Sequence record: SRR2962707_513
DNA: 53,117 bases
Direction: 5' to 3' (one strand)
Of the stretch, positions 1 to 10,607 are shown in pieces. Positions within the stretch are counted from its first letter, which is position 1. Each line of letters begins with the position of its first letter. A model generated the notes under the pieces. It ran no database searches and was not told the origin of the DNA. It saw nothing but the letters and a program-made list of their open reading frames with translations. The translations under genes were made by a program, and so were the position numbers.

Positions 1-69
1 TCAAGTCGCGCAACTTCGTTGCATCGAATGGACTTAATATCTCATTGATTCGTAAGGTATTACGACAAA

Positions 70-86
70 ATAGATCTGACCCATTT
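70..86. repeat. Single copy of the (A)GATCTGACCC end motif shared with the REP/RAYT-like inverted repeats at 3425-3503 and 45994-46248
   Basis: atagatctgacccatttt at ~70-87 matches gatctgacccctttt (3488-3502) and catctgaccc (46239-46248); any partner would lie outside the window. Confidence 0.4.
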
Positions 87-192
87 TAGGCTTTTTCTCA
101 CGATGGACCTTGCCTCAAGAACGACATACCCATGTAGCGTTTGATGTCGCCCAACAAATTGTCCTCAGCACATTTGAGTACGCGCTTTTTAA

Positions 193-591
193 CTACCTGC
201 GATAGTTTTTCGTTTTGCCGTACTCCGCTGCTTTTTGTGCCTGTTTTTCTCGCATGCGTTCAGCGTCTTCTAGGCTCAATTCAGCGGGTTCGCGAGGAGT
301 CTGGCCTTCAGGGATAACTCGGTATCTAGGAGAGATGGCAAACTGCTCAGATGACACACGAGGCAGGTTTTTAAACTGATACAGGTAGAAGTTTTCAACT
401 TTCTCTCGCGCCCAGTCGCTCTTCTTGAGAAATTTCACACTGGATTCGATACTCGGGTTCGTTTTGAAGCAATTGATGTTCAGGTAGGCGTAAAGAAGAT
501 CAAAGCCATAATGATCGACTATTTGAGTCAACAAGTCTTGTAAACCCAGACCGTGTAGTGGGTTGCTTTCGTAATTTATCTCATCATTCAT
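193..591 (-). CDS. VF530/DUF2132 family DNA-binding protein
   Basis: NPLHG..L..LL..IVDHYGF...[28 protein letters not shown] is the characteristic DUF2132 pattern. Confidence 0.85.
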   Translation of the reverse strand: MNDEINYESNPLHGLGLQDLLTQIVDHYGFDLLYAYLNINCFKTNPSIESSVKFLKKSDWAREKVENFYLYQFKNLPRVSSEQFAISPRYRVIPEGQTPREPAELSLEDAERMREKQAQKAAEYGKTKNYRR

Positions 592-841
592 AGTCGCGTC
601 CGGAAAAAGTATAAAAATCTAATGGGGGTTATTATGGCAGGAAGCATCCAAAACAGGCATCTATATAAGCTGATAAAGACAATATTTTCGTTTTTGGGTG
701 TCACACAGTTGGCTCCAATATCCCTACCTCTGCCGTTCGCTTCTTTTCTGTGACTGTCTCTTAATACGATGATGTCTTGATCACTATTCACTTATTATCT
801 GTCTACAAGCGACATAAATCCGCACCGAAAATACATTTGAG

Positions 842-859
842 CTGTAATTAAATTGGCGT
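842..859 (+). promoter_or_regulatory. Weak Pho-box-like site upstream of the acid phosphatase
   Basis: ctgtaat-taaa-ttggcgt versus consensus CTGTCAT-N4-CTGTCAT; second half poor, context plausible. Confidence 0.2.
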
Positions 860-913
860 TTAATAAAAAACTGTGTCATCTTCTCGCCACACATGTAACG
901 GAGAAAGGATTTC

Positions 914-1672
914 ATGAAAAAAGTAACAGCCTCTTTATTACTCGCTTTACCATTGATGAGTTCGGTAACCTTAGCCGCGCCTGATGATGGCTTCTGTCAG
1001 CCAAAAGAATACCAAATGGCGCTGCGTTACCAGCAACAGTCGGCTGAAGTAATGGCGTTGCAATTGCAAGCGTATCAGTTTGCGACACAGCGTATCGTTC
1101 AGATTCTTGCTAATCACCAATCTGATAAAAAACCTGCTGTGGTATTGGACCTTGATGAAACGGTAATAGATAACAGCCCATTATTGGTTCGTGATGTAAG
1201 TAATTGCCACGATTACACCTCGTGGGATACATGGAGTGATTGGGAGAAAAAAGGGCACCCAACTTTGATTCCTGGTGCGAAAGATTTTGTCGATTTTGTT
1301 GATCAGCGTGGCGTTAAAATCTTTTATATTTCCGACCGTTTCCAAGAGAATAAAGCGGCAACGCTTAAGACACTGAAGCAGTTAGATTTACCACAAGTCA
1401 GTGCGGATAACGTTTTGCTTTACACAGAAGCAAAAGAAGCGCGCCGTGAATCGGTTCGTCAACAAAACTACGATATTGTGATGTTGGTGGGCGACAGTTT
1501 GGCGGATTTTGCGTCTGAGTTTAAAAACAAAAAATCCACCGATTACCAGCGCGATCTTGTTAAACAGCAAGCGCCGCATTTTGGTAATGACTGGATTGTG
1601 TTGCCAAACGCATCGTATGGCTCTTGGTCTAAAGCCAAGCTAAAAACATGGAATGAAAAAGCGTCTAAATAA
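914..1672 (+). CDS. Class C acid phosphatase / 5'-nucleotidase, e(P4) family (HAD superfamily), secreted
   Basis: AVVLDLDETVIDNS (HAD motif I), GDSLADF and LPNASYGSW motifs; N-terminal signal peptide; SD gaaagga. Confidence 0.9.
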   Translation: MKKVTASLLLALPLMSSVTLAAPDDGFCQPKEYQMALRYQQQSAEVMALQLQAYQFATQRIVQILANHQSDKKPAVVLDLDETVIDNSPLLVRDVSNCHDYTSWDTWSDWEKKGHPTLIPGAKDFVDFVDQRGVKIFYISDRFQENKAATLKTLKQLDLPQVSADNVLLYTEAKEARRESVRQQNYDIVMLVGDSLADFASEFKNKKSTDYQRDLVKQQAPHFGNDWIVLPNASYGSWSKAKLKTWNEKASK

Positions 1673-1710
1673 CGCCGCGTCATATCTTGGTATTGCTGCT
1701 AAGGTGACAC

Positions 1711-1747
1711 AAAAAAGCCGATCTTGTTTTCACAAGATCGGCTTTTT
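1711..1747. terminator. Bidirectional intrinsic terminator
   Basis: aaaaaagccgatcttgt-tttc-acaagatcggcttttt between convergent genes. Confidence 0.9.
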
Positions 1748-1763
1748 ATGGGCTGGGGTTTGA

Positions 1764-3311
1764 TTAGTTACGAATCAAGTAATCAAACGCGCCAAGCGCT
1801 GCGGTTGCACCGCCACCCATTGAGATGATGATTTGCTTGTACGGTGTTGTTGTTACGTCACCGGCTGCAAATACACCTGGGATGGATGTTTGACCATGGT
1901 TGTCGATGACGATCTCGCCGCGGTTGCTTAGCTCTAGCGTGTCTTTTAAGAACTCGCTGTTTGGTACTAGACCAATTTGAACGAAGATGCCCGCTACTTC
2001 GACAAGGTGTGACTCATCGGTGGTACGGTCTGTGTATTTCAGGCCGATAACGCGTTGTCCGTCGCCAAGTACTTCAGTGGTCATGGCATTTTTAATGATG
2101 GTGACGTTCGGTAATGAGTTGGCTTTTTTCACCAAAACATCGTCGGCACGAAGCGTGTCGCCAAACTCAAGAACAGTAACGTGTTCGACTAAGCCTGCAA
2201 GGTCAATCGCTGCTTCAATACCTGAGTTACCACCACCGATAACCGCTGTTTTCTTACCTTTGAACAATGGGCCGTCACAGTGTGGGCAGTAAGCTACACC
2301 TTTACCGCGGTACTCTTGCTCGCCTGGTACGTTCATTTCTCTCCAGCGTGCGCCGGTTGCCAAGATAACGGTTTTACTTTTTAGCAATGCGCCGTTTTCG
2401 AGTTCGATTTCAACGAATTCTTTTTTCTCTAGACGAACCGCTTTTTGCGTTTTCATCAGGTCAACATCGTAATCAAGAACGTGTTGCTCAAGGCCTGCGA
2501 CCAATTTAGGGCCGTCTGTGGCTTTTACAGAGATGAAGTTCTCAATCGCCATGGTGTCAGCAACTTGGCCACCAAAACGCTCTGCAACAACACCAGTACG
2601 TATGCCTTTACGTGCTGCGTAGATCGCTGCGGCTGCGCCTGCAGGACCACCACCAACAACAAGTACGTCGTATGGGTCTTTTTCAGATAACGCTGCCGCT
2701 TGTTTTTTCGCTGCGCCGGTGTCTACTTTGTTTAGAATCTCGTCCAATGTCATACGACCTTGTTCGAATAATTCACCGTTTAGGTAAACGGATGGTACAG
2801 CCATGATTTCGCGTTTTTCCACTTCGTCTTGGAATAACGCACCGTCGATCATGGTCGCGGTAATATTTGGGTTTAGAACCGCCATTAAGTTAACGGCTTG
2901 CACAACGTCTGGACAGTTGTGGCAAGAGAGGGAGATGTACACCTCAAAGTTCAATTCTGTGTCCAAGGACTTAATTTGTTCTAGGGTCGCTGGCGCCGCT
3001 TTAGATGGGTGGCCGCCGGCTTGCAATAGAGCCAATACCAATGAGGTAAATTCGTGGCCCATTGGGATACCTGCAAAACGCACGCGAGGTGCTTGCCCTT
3101 GAGGTGCAATCGCCATTTGAGGCGCACGACCTGTTGGGTTTTCGTCTACAGATAAAGTAATTTTGTCGCTTTTAAGCGCCGTGATTTCACGTGCTAAGCC
3201 TAGTAGTTCTTCTGCTTTTTCAGTTCCATTCGTAGACACAGTAATTTCAATCGGATTAACGATATTTTGTAGGTATGTGCCCAACTGTTGTTTGATGTTT
3301 GCTTCTAACAT
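1764..3311 (-). CDS. ahpF: Alkyl hydroperoxide reductase subunit F
   Basis: N-terminal CHNC, GGGPAG FAD motif, CPHCDG redox centre, GGGNSG; downstream of ahpC. Confidence 0.97.
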   Translation of the reverse strand: MLEANIKQQLGTYLQNIVNPIEITVSTNGTEKAEELLGLAREITALKSDKITLSVDENPTGRAPQMAIAPQGQAPRVRFAGIPMGHEFTSLVLALLQAGGHPSKAAPATLEQIKSLDTELNFEVYISLSCHNCPDVVQAVNLMAVLNPNITATMIDGALFQDEVEKREIMAVPSVYLNGELFEQGRMTLDEILNKVDTGAAKKQAAALSEKDPYDVLVVGGGPAGAAAAIYAARKGIRTGVVAERFGGQVADTMAIENFISVKATDGPKLVAGLEQHVLDYDVDLMKTQKAVRLEKKEFVEIELENGALLKSKTVILATGARWREMNVPGEQEYRGKGVAYCPHCDGPLFKGKKTAVIGGGNSGIEAAIDLAGLVEHVTVLEFGDTLRADDVLVKKANSLPNVTIIKNAMTTEVLGDGQRVIGLKYTDRTTDESHLVEVAGIFVQIGLVPNSEFLKDTLELSNRGEIVIDNHGQTSIPGVFAAGDVTTTPYKQIIISMGGGATAALGAFDYLIRN

Positions 3312-3424
3312 AATGTTTAACCCGTTAAGACTGAGGGATTACTGTAAATTTCGGGTGCAAGAATCCATACCAAGCCAATAAACGACTTGAAATCTGCATT
3401 CCGAAAATAATGTATATAAAAGAA

Positions 3425-3503
3425 TAAAAGGGGTCAGATCCCTTAAGGAGATCTGGTGTATATAGATCCCTTAAGGTTCGTTTAAGGGATCTGACCCCTT
3501 TTA
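3425..3503. repeat. REP-like perfect 22-bp inverted repeat with an internal partial copy, between ahpC and ahpF
   Basis: taaaaggggtcagatcccttaa (3425-3446) / ttaagggatctgacccctttta (3482-3503); agatcccttaagg directly repeated at 3436-3448 and 3464-3476. Confidence 0.85.
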
Positions 3504-3521
3504 GGGTCTGACTAGCAAGTC

Positions 3522-4079
3522 TTAGATTTTGCCAACTAGGTCTAGAGAAGGAGCAAGAGTTGCTTCGCCTTCTTTCCATTTAGCTGGGCAAACTTCACCT
3601 GGGTGAGCGGCAACGTATTGTGCTGCTTTCACTTTGCGAAGTAGGTCTTCAGCGTCACGGCCGATACCTTCAGCAGTGATTTCCATTGCTTGGATAGTAC
3701 CTTCTGGATCAACCAAGAAAGTCGCACGGTCTGCAAGGCCTTCGCCTTCACGCATTACGCCGAAGTTGTTTGTGATCTTGCCAGACTGGTCGCCTACCAT
3801 GTAGTAGTTGATTTTGCCGATTGTTTCAGAGCTGTCGTGCCACGCTTTGTGAGTGAAGTGAGTGTCTGTAGAGACAGAGAATACTTCTACGCCGCGAGCT
3901 TGAAGCTCTTCGTAATGGTCAGCAACGTCGCCTAGCTCTGTAGGACAAACGAATGTGAAATCAGCTGGGTAGAAAAAGAAGATAGACCATTTGCCTAGTA
4001 CGTCTTTTTCAGAAATTTCTACGAACTCGCCAGATTTAAAAGCTGAGGCGTTAAATGGTTTGATTTGTGTATTGATCAT
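3522..4079 (-). CDS. ahpC: Alkyl hydroperoxide reductase subunit C (2-Cys peroxiredoxin)
   Basis: [12 protein letters not shown] and GEVCPAKW motifs; SD aggaga. Confidence 0.98.
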   Translation of the reverse strand: MINTQIKPFNASAFKSGEFVEISEKDVLGKWSIFFFYPADFTFVCPTELGDVADHYEELQARGVEVFSVSTDTHFTHKAWHDSSETIGKINYYMVGDQSGKITNNFGVMREGEGLADRATFLVDPEGTIQAMEITAEGIGRDAEDLLRKVKAAQYVAAHPGEVCPAKWKEGEATLAPSLDLVGKI

Positions 4080-4156
4080 TATGTATCTCCTAAGTGATTT
4101 AGAGTAAGTGCGTTACCAACAGGAGCTATATTAGAAGATATTTAAGAATTATAAAA

Positions 4157-4193
4157 ATTGTAATTTTATTAAATCATGATAAAGAAAAGCTAT
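4157..4193 (-). promoter_or_regulatory. Putative OxyR binding site for ahpCF
   Basis: Minus strand ATAG-N7-TTAT-N7-TAAT-N7-CAAT fits the OxyR tetramer spacing; ahpCF is a canonical OxyR target. Confidence 0.6.
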
Positions 4194-4282
4194 TGGTTGA
4201 TTCAGCAGTGAAGACTGAGACGATGGCGCCCAAAAAAGACAGGAAGATAGGGTAAGAAATAGAGGCCAAAGCGGAGAAGAAT

Positions 4283-4325
4283 ACAGGCCAACCAGCGCGT
4301 ACTGAAAACGCGATGATTGGCCTGT
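4283..4325 (-). terminator. Stem-loop after the pxp operon
   Basis: acaggccaac...gattggcctgt imperfect inverted repeat just past the pxpC stop. Confidence 0.55.
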
Positions 4326-4328
4326 GTG

Positions 4329-5252
4329 TTAGCGTAATTGGCTAAGTAACGACATTTTTCTCTGGCGCTCTTGTTCCGCCTGGCCGATAGAAAGACATTG
4401 AAAATGAATGCTATCCCCAGGTTTTTTCTGGGCTAAGAGGCCGCCGCCGATGGACGTAACACAGCCCATTTTCGGATAACCGCCAATGGTTTGTCGGTCG
4501 CGCAGTAGTACAATCGGTTGTCCGTCATTGGGCATCTGGATTGAACCGTAGGCAATGCCTTCAGAAATAATGCCTTTTTTGTCGCCATTGATGGCCTCTC
4601 CTGAGAGGCGGTAACCCATGCGGTCGCTGGCGGCGGTTACCGAATACTCATTACGAAAGAGGCGCGCTCTATCAAGACCTGAGAGCGTGTTGAACTGGTA
4701 GCTCATCACCATAGGAATGTTTTGCTGCTCGTAATTGGGTATGGCAAGGCGCGGCGTAATGCGTTGCTGATGCTCAGTGGTAGAGAGAAAGGGAATGACA
4801 TCGCCTTTTTGAATTTTCTCTCCTTTGCCTGTTAAGCCGCCTAACGCTTCACGCATCACGGTAGAAACACTGCCGAGCACAGGCGCAATTTGCAAACCGC
4901 CTTTAACGGCTAAATAGGCACGTAAACCAAGGTTAGGCTGATTGAATGTCAGCACGTCGCCTGTTTTAAGCGCGTAAGTTTGCCAAGGCAGAATGGCTTT
5001 GTTGTTCAGTGTTGCGGCAAGATCTGCGCCTGTGATCGCGATGCTGGTTGGCGCTTGGACTTCCAGCGTCAGCATACCAAAGGTGATTTCTAGCTGGGCG
5101 GCATTGGCGTGATTGTCGAGCAAGGCGTTGCCCCAGCGAAAGGCAAATTCATCCATTGGCCCACCCGTGGTGACGCCAAGATGTTGATAGCCATATCGGC
5201 CAAGGTCCTGCACCAGCGTCAATATGCCTGGTTTGATTACATTAAAAGCCAT
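4329..5252 (-). CDS. pxpC: 5-oxoprolinase subunit C (KipA/AHS2 family)
   Basis: QDLGRYGYQHLGV..GGPMD, GLRAYLAV.GG, SDRMGYRL and QTIGGYP motifs. Confidence 0.92.
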   Translation of the reverse strand: MAFNVIKPGILTLVQDLGRYGYQHLGVTTGGPMDEFAFRWGNALLDNHANAAQLEITFGMLTLEVQAPTSIAITGADLAATLNNKAILPWQTYALKTGDVLTFNQPNLGLRAYLAVKGGLQIAPVLGSVSTVMREALGGLTGKGEKIQKGDVIPFLSTTEHQQRITPRLAIPNYEQQNIPMVMSYQFNTLSGLDRARLFRNEYSVTAASDRMGYRLSGEAINGDKKGIISEGIAYGSIQMPNDGQPIVLLRDRQTIGGYPKMGCVTSIGGGLLAQKKPGDSIHFQCLSIGQAEQERQRKMSLLSQLR

Positions 5253-5967
5253 CTAGTTGACCTCCTTGAGCAAGAAATTCCGCCCGTGAGATAGGCTCGA
5301 AACGCACGCTGTCTCCGACTTCAATGAGAGCAAGGCTGTCGCTTTGCCAATCCACTAAAGGCGTTGGTGTGCGGCCAAGTATCTGCCAGCCACCGGGGGA
5401 CACACTTGGGTAGACGGCCGTTTGTTGTTCGGCAATGGCAACGCTGCCAATGGGCACTTTTAGGCGAGGCGTGTTCTTTCTAGGGATATGCAGCGCTTTA
5501 GGGGTGTTCCCGAGGAAGGCGAAGCCAGGTGTAAAGCCAATCGCATAGGCTCGATAAGTGGTTTGCGAATGCAGTTGAATGACTTCTTCTACCGTCATGT
5601 CGCAATGCTTTGCCACTTCTTGTAAATCTGGACCGACTTCTTCTGCATAATACACTGGAATGACGACTTCTCGACTGGCGCGGCTTGTCACCTCAGTCAT
5701 GTCTAGGTTATCCAGCAGCGTTTGAATCTGTTGGCAAATGGCAAAGCGATCGTGATGCTCCACATCGAAAGTCACCAATAAGCTGGTGTAGGACGGTATG
5801 GTATCAATGATGCCCGCGAGATCACGCAATTGACGGGTCACCAAGCCAATGGCATCGGCAACCGTGTCATCAATGTGATCAGCAAAGCGCAGTAAACAGG
5901 CTTGCTCATTGACCATGTCCATCTTGATGTGACTCAATTCAAAAGGGATGTGATCTGAGTGGCTCAT
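5242..5967 (-). CDS. pxpB: 5-oxoprolinase subunit B (KipI/AHS1 family)
   Basis: IPSYTSLLV, IPVYY, GFTPGFAFLG, SPGGWQILGRT. Confidence 0.92.
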   Translation of the reverse strand: MSHSDHIPFELSHIKMDMVNEQACLLRFADHIDDTVADAIGLVTRQLRDLAGIIDTIPSYTSLLVTFDVEHHDRFAICQQIQTLLDNLDMTEVTSRASREVVIPVYYAEEVGPDLQEVAKHCDMTVEEVIQLHSQTTYRAYAIGFTPGFAFLGNTPKALHIPRKNTPRLKVPIGSVAIAEQQTAVYPSVSPGGWQILGRTPTPLVDWQSDSLALIEVGDSVRFEPISRAEFLAQGGQLDGF

Positions 5968-6704
5968 GAGGGCACTCCATCCACAACGGAGCGAATGCGT
6001 TTTACCGCTTCAACAGCGTGTGAGCCATCGCCATGAACGCAAATAGTATTGGCGTGGACAGCCAACGATTGCCCAGATTCTGTGGTCAGCGTGCCTTGTT
6101 GACTAAGCTGTAATACTTGCTCTTCGATCAGCTCAAAAGTCTGATGGACGGCGTTGGCTTGTTTGCGCGGGGTAAGGCGACCTTGGTCGGAATACAGGCG
6201 ATCAGAAAACGCTTCAAAATAGAGTGTAAGTTGGTACTTTTCAGCCAGTGCTTTTACCTGCTCCACTTCGGGAATCGCCATTACCATCAACGCCAAAGAA
6301 GGGTCCATTTCGCTGACCGCTTGCATTACGGTTTCGAGCTTGGTGAAGTCAGACATCATCTGGTTGTACATAGCACCGTGCGGTTTTACGTAATCAATGC
6401 GTGTGTTTTGACTCTCACAGATGCCTTTCAAGGCGCCTACTTGGTATTGGATAATCGCTTTCAGCTCAGCGGGCGCAATGTCCATATTTCGGCGTCCAAA
6501 ACCAACCAAATCTGGGTAGCCTGGGTGCGCGCCAATGCTCACATTGTACTGTTTGGCCAACGCCACGGTTTTGGCCATGGTAAGCGGGTCTGAGGCATGA
6601 AAACCACACGCAATATTGGCTTGATCCACATACGGCATGATTTGATCGTCTAGCCCCATTTTCCATGCGCCAAACGCTTCGCCCATATCACAATTTAATT
6701 TCAT
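5964..6704 (-). CDS. pxpA: 5-oxoprolinase subunit A (LamB/YcsF family)
   Basis: LNCDMGE, ANIACGFHA, GAHPGYPDLVGFGRR, YVKPHGAMYN, TICVHGD. Confidence 0.95.
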   Translation of the reverse strand: MKLNCDMGEAFGAWKMGLDDQIMPYVDQANIACGFHASDPLTMAKTVALAKQYNVSIGAHPGYPDLVGFGRRNMDIAPAELKAIIQYQVGALKGICESQNTRIDYVKPHGAMYNQMMSDFTKLETVMQAVSEMDPSLALMVMAIPEVEQVKALAEKYQLTLYFEAFSDRLYSDQGRLTPRKQANAVHQTFELIEEQVLQLSQQGTLTTESGQSLAVHANTICVHGDGSHAVEAVKRIRSVVDGVPS

Positions 6705-6725
6705 CTTAGAATCCTTAAAGGGCGC

Positions 6726-8033
6726 TTAGCCCTTTGACATGGTGGTTGGTAAATAGGTCACAATTTCTGGGAACCAAGTAATCAGAATAATGGCCACGGC
6801 GATGAGCAAGAAGAAAGGCAGCGCCGCTTTAGCAACATACAGAATGTTTTTTCCAGTCAGCGACTGAATCACAAAGAGGTTGAACCCGACCGGTGGTGTG
6901 ATTTGTGACATTTCAACCACCAATACGATAAAGATACCAAACCATAGAAGATCAATGCCGGCGGATTTGACCATAGGAAGCACGACCGCCACGGTCAGAA
7001 CAACCACGGAAATACCGTCTAAAAAACAGCCCAATACGACAAAAAAGACAGTCAAATATAGAATCAATACTATTGGGGATAAGCCAAGAGAGGCGATCCA
7101 TTGCGCGAGTGCGCTCGGAATGCCTAAGAAGCCCATTGCCAATGTAAGAAAGTGCGCGCCAATCAAGATAAAGCCAATCATACATGCGCTTTTCACCGCG
7201 CCTAACAGGCTGTCTATAAAGCTTTGACGGGTTAATGAGCCTGTGCAAGCTGCGAGAATCAACGAGCCGGTTACTCCGATGGCCGCCGCTTCTGTTGGTG
7301 TCGTAAGGCCGCCGTAAATGGAACCTAAAACAAAGCCAATTAAGCCTGTGACAGGTAAGAGCTTGCCCAAGCTTTTAAAGCGCGCTGACCAACTGGTGTC
7401 TTGGGTGGTAGTGCTTGGTAGTTCGTCTTTATGCAGATGCCCCCAGATCATGGTGAACCCCATGAAGAGGCAGATCAGTAAGAGCCCTGGGAGGGCGCCA
7501 GCAATAAACAAACGGGCAATGGAAACTTCCGCCGCCACGCCATAAACAATTAAAATAATGGAAGGGGGAATAAGCAAACCTAATGTTCCAGAACCGGCTA
7601 AGGTTCCGATCGCCATACGTTCGCTATAGCCTTGTTTGCGCAATTCAGGCAGCGTCATGCGGCCAATGGTAGCGGCGGTTGCCGCAGAAGACCCTGAGAC
7701 CGCAGCAAAAATGCCACAACTTAAAATATTAACGTGTAATAACTTGCCAGGCACTTTACCTAACCAAGGTGCAAGCCCTTCAAATAGGTCTTCTGATAGT
7801 CTGGTTCTAAACAGTACTTCCCCCATCCAGATAAACAGAGGCAGGGCGGTGAGAGACCAAGACGTGGCCGCTCCCCAGCTACCGGTCGCGAATAACATAC
7901 CGACTTGGTAGTTTTCCGACAAAATCAAACCAAGGCCACCGATGGCGATGAGAGTAAAAGACACCCACACACCGAACGTGAGCATGACCAGCATACCAAC
8001 CGCTAATAAGATAGAAATCCAAGTCATATCCAT
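6726..8033 (-). CDS. dctM: TRAP transporter large permease
   Basis: ALPLFIWMGE, SGSSAATAATIG, GTLGLLIPPSI, ITPPVGFNLFV; about 12 hydrophobic segments. Confidence 0.93.
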   Translation of the reverse strand: MDMTWISILLAVGMLVMLTFGVWVSFTLIAIGGLGLILSENYQVGMLFATGSWGAATSWSLTALPLFIWMGEVLFRTRLSEDLFEGLAPWLGKVPGKLLHVNILSCGIFAAVSGSSAATAATIGRMTLPELRKQGYSERMAIGTLAGSGTLGLLIPPSIILIVYGVAAEVSIARLFIAGALPGLLLICLFMGFTMIWGHLHKDELPSTTTQDTSWSARFKSLGKLLPVTGLIGFVLGSIYGGLTTPTEAAAIGVTGSLILAACTGSLTRQSFIDSLLGAVKSACMIGFILIGAHFLTLAMGFLGIPSALAQWIASLGLSPIVLILYLTVFFVVLGCFLDGISVVVLTVAVVLPMVKSAGIDLLWFGIFIVLVVEMSQITPPVGFNLFVIQSLTGKNILYVAKAALPFFLLIAVAIILITWFPEIVTYLPTTMSKG

Positions 8034-8551
8034 TAGATTTCCTCCAAGGCTAATGCGTCTTCATGCTGGCTGTAAGTAGGAGTTTTGCCTCTTAACGCCA
8101 TGATCCAAGCATCCAGCACGGCTAAGTTAAGCGCGATAATGCCGACGGCCATAGGCAATTGCGGTATCCATAGGGGCACAGGAATATAGCCGTAAGACAC
8201 ATCGTCATAAATATAAGACTCATACACCATTGAGCTGCAGGCATAGGATAGGAAGCAGAGTAGAGCGAGTGACAACGTTAGAATGACCGCTTCTTGGATT
8301 TTACGAGGAACGGGAGAGAAGCGTTGAATGACGAGCGTAACGCGAATGTGGCCACCTTCTCTGAAGGTATAAGCTAACCCTAAAAAGGTTGAAGCGGCCA
8401 AGGCGTAGCCAGCAAAATCCCCGGCCGATGGCACAATAAAGCCAAATAGGCGGCCAATAATTTGGGCTAATAACAACAAGGTGATGATCACAATGCCCAA
8501 GCCAGACAGCAGCCCAGAGCACTGATAGCACTTTTCTTTGAATGAGTTCAT
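8033..8551 (-). CDS. dctQ: TRAP transporter small permease
   Basis: 4 TM segments, FLGLAYTFREGGHIRV; start moved to MNSFK (8551). Confidence 0.88.
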   Translation of the reverse strand: MNSFKEKCYQCSGLLSGLGIVIITLLLLAQIIGRLFGFIVPSAGDFAGYALAASTFLGLAYTFREGGHIRVTLVIQRFSPVPRKIQEAVILTLSLALLCFLSYACSSMVYESYIYDDVSYGYIPVPLWIPQLPMAVGIIALNLAVLDAWIMALRGKTPTYSQHEDALALEEI

Positions 8552-8581
8552 ATGGTTTACTTCTTTGGCAGTAGAATGAAT

Positions 8582-8619
8582 CGAACAAGACGCGTTACCA
8601 CAGGTAAGCATCTTGTTCG
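8582..8619 (-). other. Intercistronic stem-loop after dctP
   Basis: cgaacaaga...tcttgttcg; such hairpins are common after substrate-binding-protein genes. Confidence 0.5.
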
Positions 8620-8641
8620 GCACAAAGAGGGTAATAGTGTT

Positions 8642-9616
8642 TTATTGGCCTAGTTCTTGATGGTAACGCGTTAGGATACGGCCAATCTCTTTTGGTGCTT
8701 CTGCTGTCCATTCTGTTTCCATTGTTTTACCAATGGCTTCAAGCTGTGTTGTTAGCTTTGCGGATGGCTCAGAAATCGTCATGCCATTTTCTGCCAGCGT
8801 GGCTTTGTCTTTGGCTGCACGCTCGACGATGCGTTTCCAGCCTTCTGTTTCCGCATTTTTTGCTGCCGCTAATACGATGTCTTGAATGTTTTTATCTAGG
8901 CGTCGAAAGGCTCTTTTGTTAACAATAACAATGTCTTTCGGAATCCATGCTTTGATGTCTGTGTAGTTGTTGACGTAGTCCCATGCTTGAGAGTCCACCC
9001 CTGTTGACGGTGATGTCACCATCGCTTGGATAATACCTGTGCTAAAAGCCTGTGGGATGTCAGGTACTTGAATGGTGGTTGGAATGGTGCCCATTAAATC
9101 AGCAAGGCGAGAGGTCGAAGGGCTATAAGCGCGCATTTTTTCGCCTTCCAGATCCGCCAATGAGTTGACAGGGTTTCTCGTGTAAAGGCTTTGCGCAGGC
9201 CATGGCACGGCGTAGAGCAGTTTCATCCCATCTTTATCGAGGGCTTTTTCGATTTCTGGCTTGGCGGCGGTCCAGAGTGCTTGTGCTTGGTCAAAAGAGG
9301 TGGCAAGAAACGGAATATTGTCATGTTTAAAAACAGGATTCTGGTTGCCCAAAATGCCCATGAAAATATCGCCAATTTGTACTTGGCCGGTTTTGACTGA
9401 GCGAGGAATTTCAGTGTGTTTGACGAGAGAGCCACCAGAGTGAACCACAATTTCCAGTTCGCCGTTGGTTTTGGCTTTGATTTCTTTGGCAAACGCATAA
9501 TCAATTTGCGTGGGCAGATTACCGTCACCGTAAGGTGTTGGCATGTGCCATTTTTCGGCTAAACAAGCGGTAGAGACTAATCCACCAATGAGCAACGCGC
9601 TGGTTAATTTCAACAT
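8642..9616 (-). CDS. dctP: TRAP transporter substrate-binding protein
   Basis: Signal peptide; DctP pattern (DLEGEKMRAY; AFSTGIIQAMVTS); start MLKLT at 9616 preferred. Confidence 0.9.
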   Translation of the reverse strand: MLKLTSALLIGGLVSTACLAEKWHMPTPYGDGNLPTQIDYAFAKEIKAKTNGELEIVVHSGGSLVKHTEIPRSVKTGQVQIGDIFMGILGNQNPVFKHDNIPFLATSFDQAQALWTAAKPEIEKALDKDGMKLLYAVPWPAQSLYTRNPVNSLADLEGEKMRAYSPSTSRLADLMGTIPTTIQVPDIPQAFSTGIIQAMVTSPSTGVDSQAWDYVNNYTDIKAWIPKDIVIVNKRAFRRLDKNIQDIVLAAAKNAETEGWKRIVERAAKDKATLAENGMTISEPSAKLTTQLEAIGKTMETEWTAEAPKEIGRILTRYHQELGQ

Positions 9617-9709
9617 AGTTCCGTCCTGCAATTTTTTTAATTATGTTTTATCGTTAGGTTTTTTCATGAGGAGGTTTGGCCTCATCATGGGTTCTCGCCT
9701 CTTCTACCA

Positions 9710-10516
9710 CTACAACACCGCGAGATCTGTGTCGAGTACATCGGTTACTAACATTTTTCCTGGTGCATGAGTAATGCAAATCGGTGGTTTGGCATTACGA
9801 ATAGCGACTTGAGGCGTAACACCACAAGCCCAGAATATGGGCACTTCTTTTTCTTTTACCTGCACGGCTTCGCCGAAATCCGGTTGTGAAAGATCTTCGA
9901 TACCAATGTCTTTTGGGTTGCCGAAATGCAAAGGGGCACCATGTGCTTTGGGGAAGCGAGTGGTGATTTGGATCGCTCGAATGGCATCTTTGGGTAGATA
10001 AGGACGCATTGTCACCACGGTATTGCCAAAGAAGCGTCCTGCCGGAACAGTAGGGATACTACTTTCATACATAGAAACATTACTGTTGTCTTCTATGTTT
10101 CTTGGGGTTAATCCAGCTTGGGTCAGTGCGTTTTCAAAAGAGAAAGAGCAACCTAAAATAAAGGCGACAAAATCGTCTTGCCATAAATCGGCAATATCAG
10201 CACAAGCGTCGACTTTGACGCCATCTCGGTAGACAAAGTATTCAGGGACGTCATAACGCATATCAATGTCATCACCGAGCTCAGGTAGGGTGAAATTGCC
10301 GACTTCTGAAACACCAATTAAAGGGCAGGAGACCGGGTTTTTCTGACAGTAGAGCAAAAATTCATTCGCCCATTCAGCCGGTAGTATCACCACATTACCC
10401 TGCATCGCACCAGTGGCTAAGCCGCTGGTTGGTCCAGTGTGCTGAGCACTGCGAATCGCGCTACGAAGCGCTTTTGTTTGTTGCTGTAAGCTGGACACAT
10501 TTTGTTCTTGCTTCAT
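9710..10516 (-). CDS. Putative hydro-lyase, YcsI/UPF0317 (D-glutamate cyclase-like) family
   Basis: [65 protein letters not shown]. Confidence 0.9.
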   Translation of the reverse strand: MKQEQNVSSLQQQTKALRSAIRSAQHTGPTSGLATGAMQGNVVILPAEWANEFLLYCQKNPVSCPLIGVSEVGNFTLPELGDDIDMRYDVPEYFVYRDGVKVDACADIADLWQDDFVAFILGCSFSFENALTQAGLTPRNIEDNSNVSMYESSIPTVPAGRFFGNTVVTMRPYLPKDAIRAIQITTRFPKAHGAPLHFGNPKDIGIEDLSQPDFGEAVQVKEKEVPIFWACGVTPQVAIRNAKPPICITHAPGKMLVTDVLDTDLAVL

Positions 10517-10607
10517 TCTAGGTACTCCTCAAATCGTAATATACGATTTTTCTAGAGTAGATCCTTGATAACTAAAAAGTCTAATCGTGTTTTTTTTAGA
10601 TATTTGA

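Noticed and set aside
3325..3579. 84-aa ORF across the ahpC-ahpF gap
   Set aside because: Overlaps ahpC out of frame and reads through the repeat element; no protein-like features.
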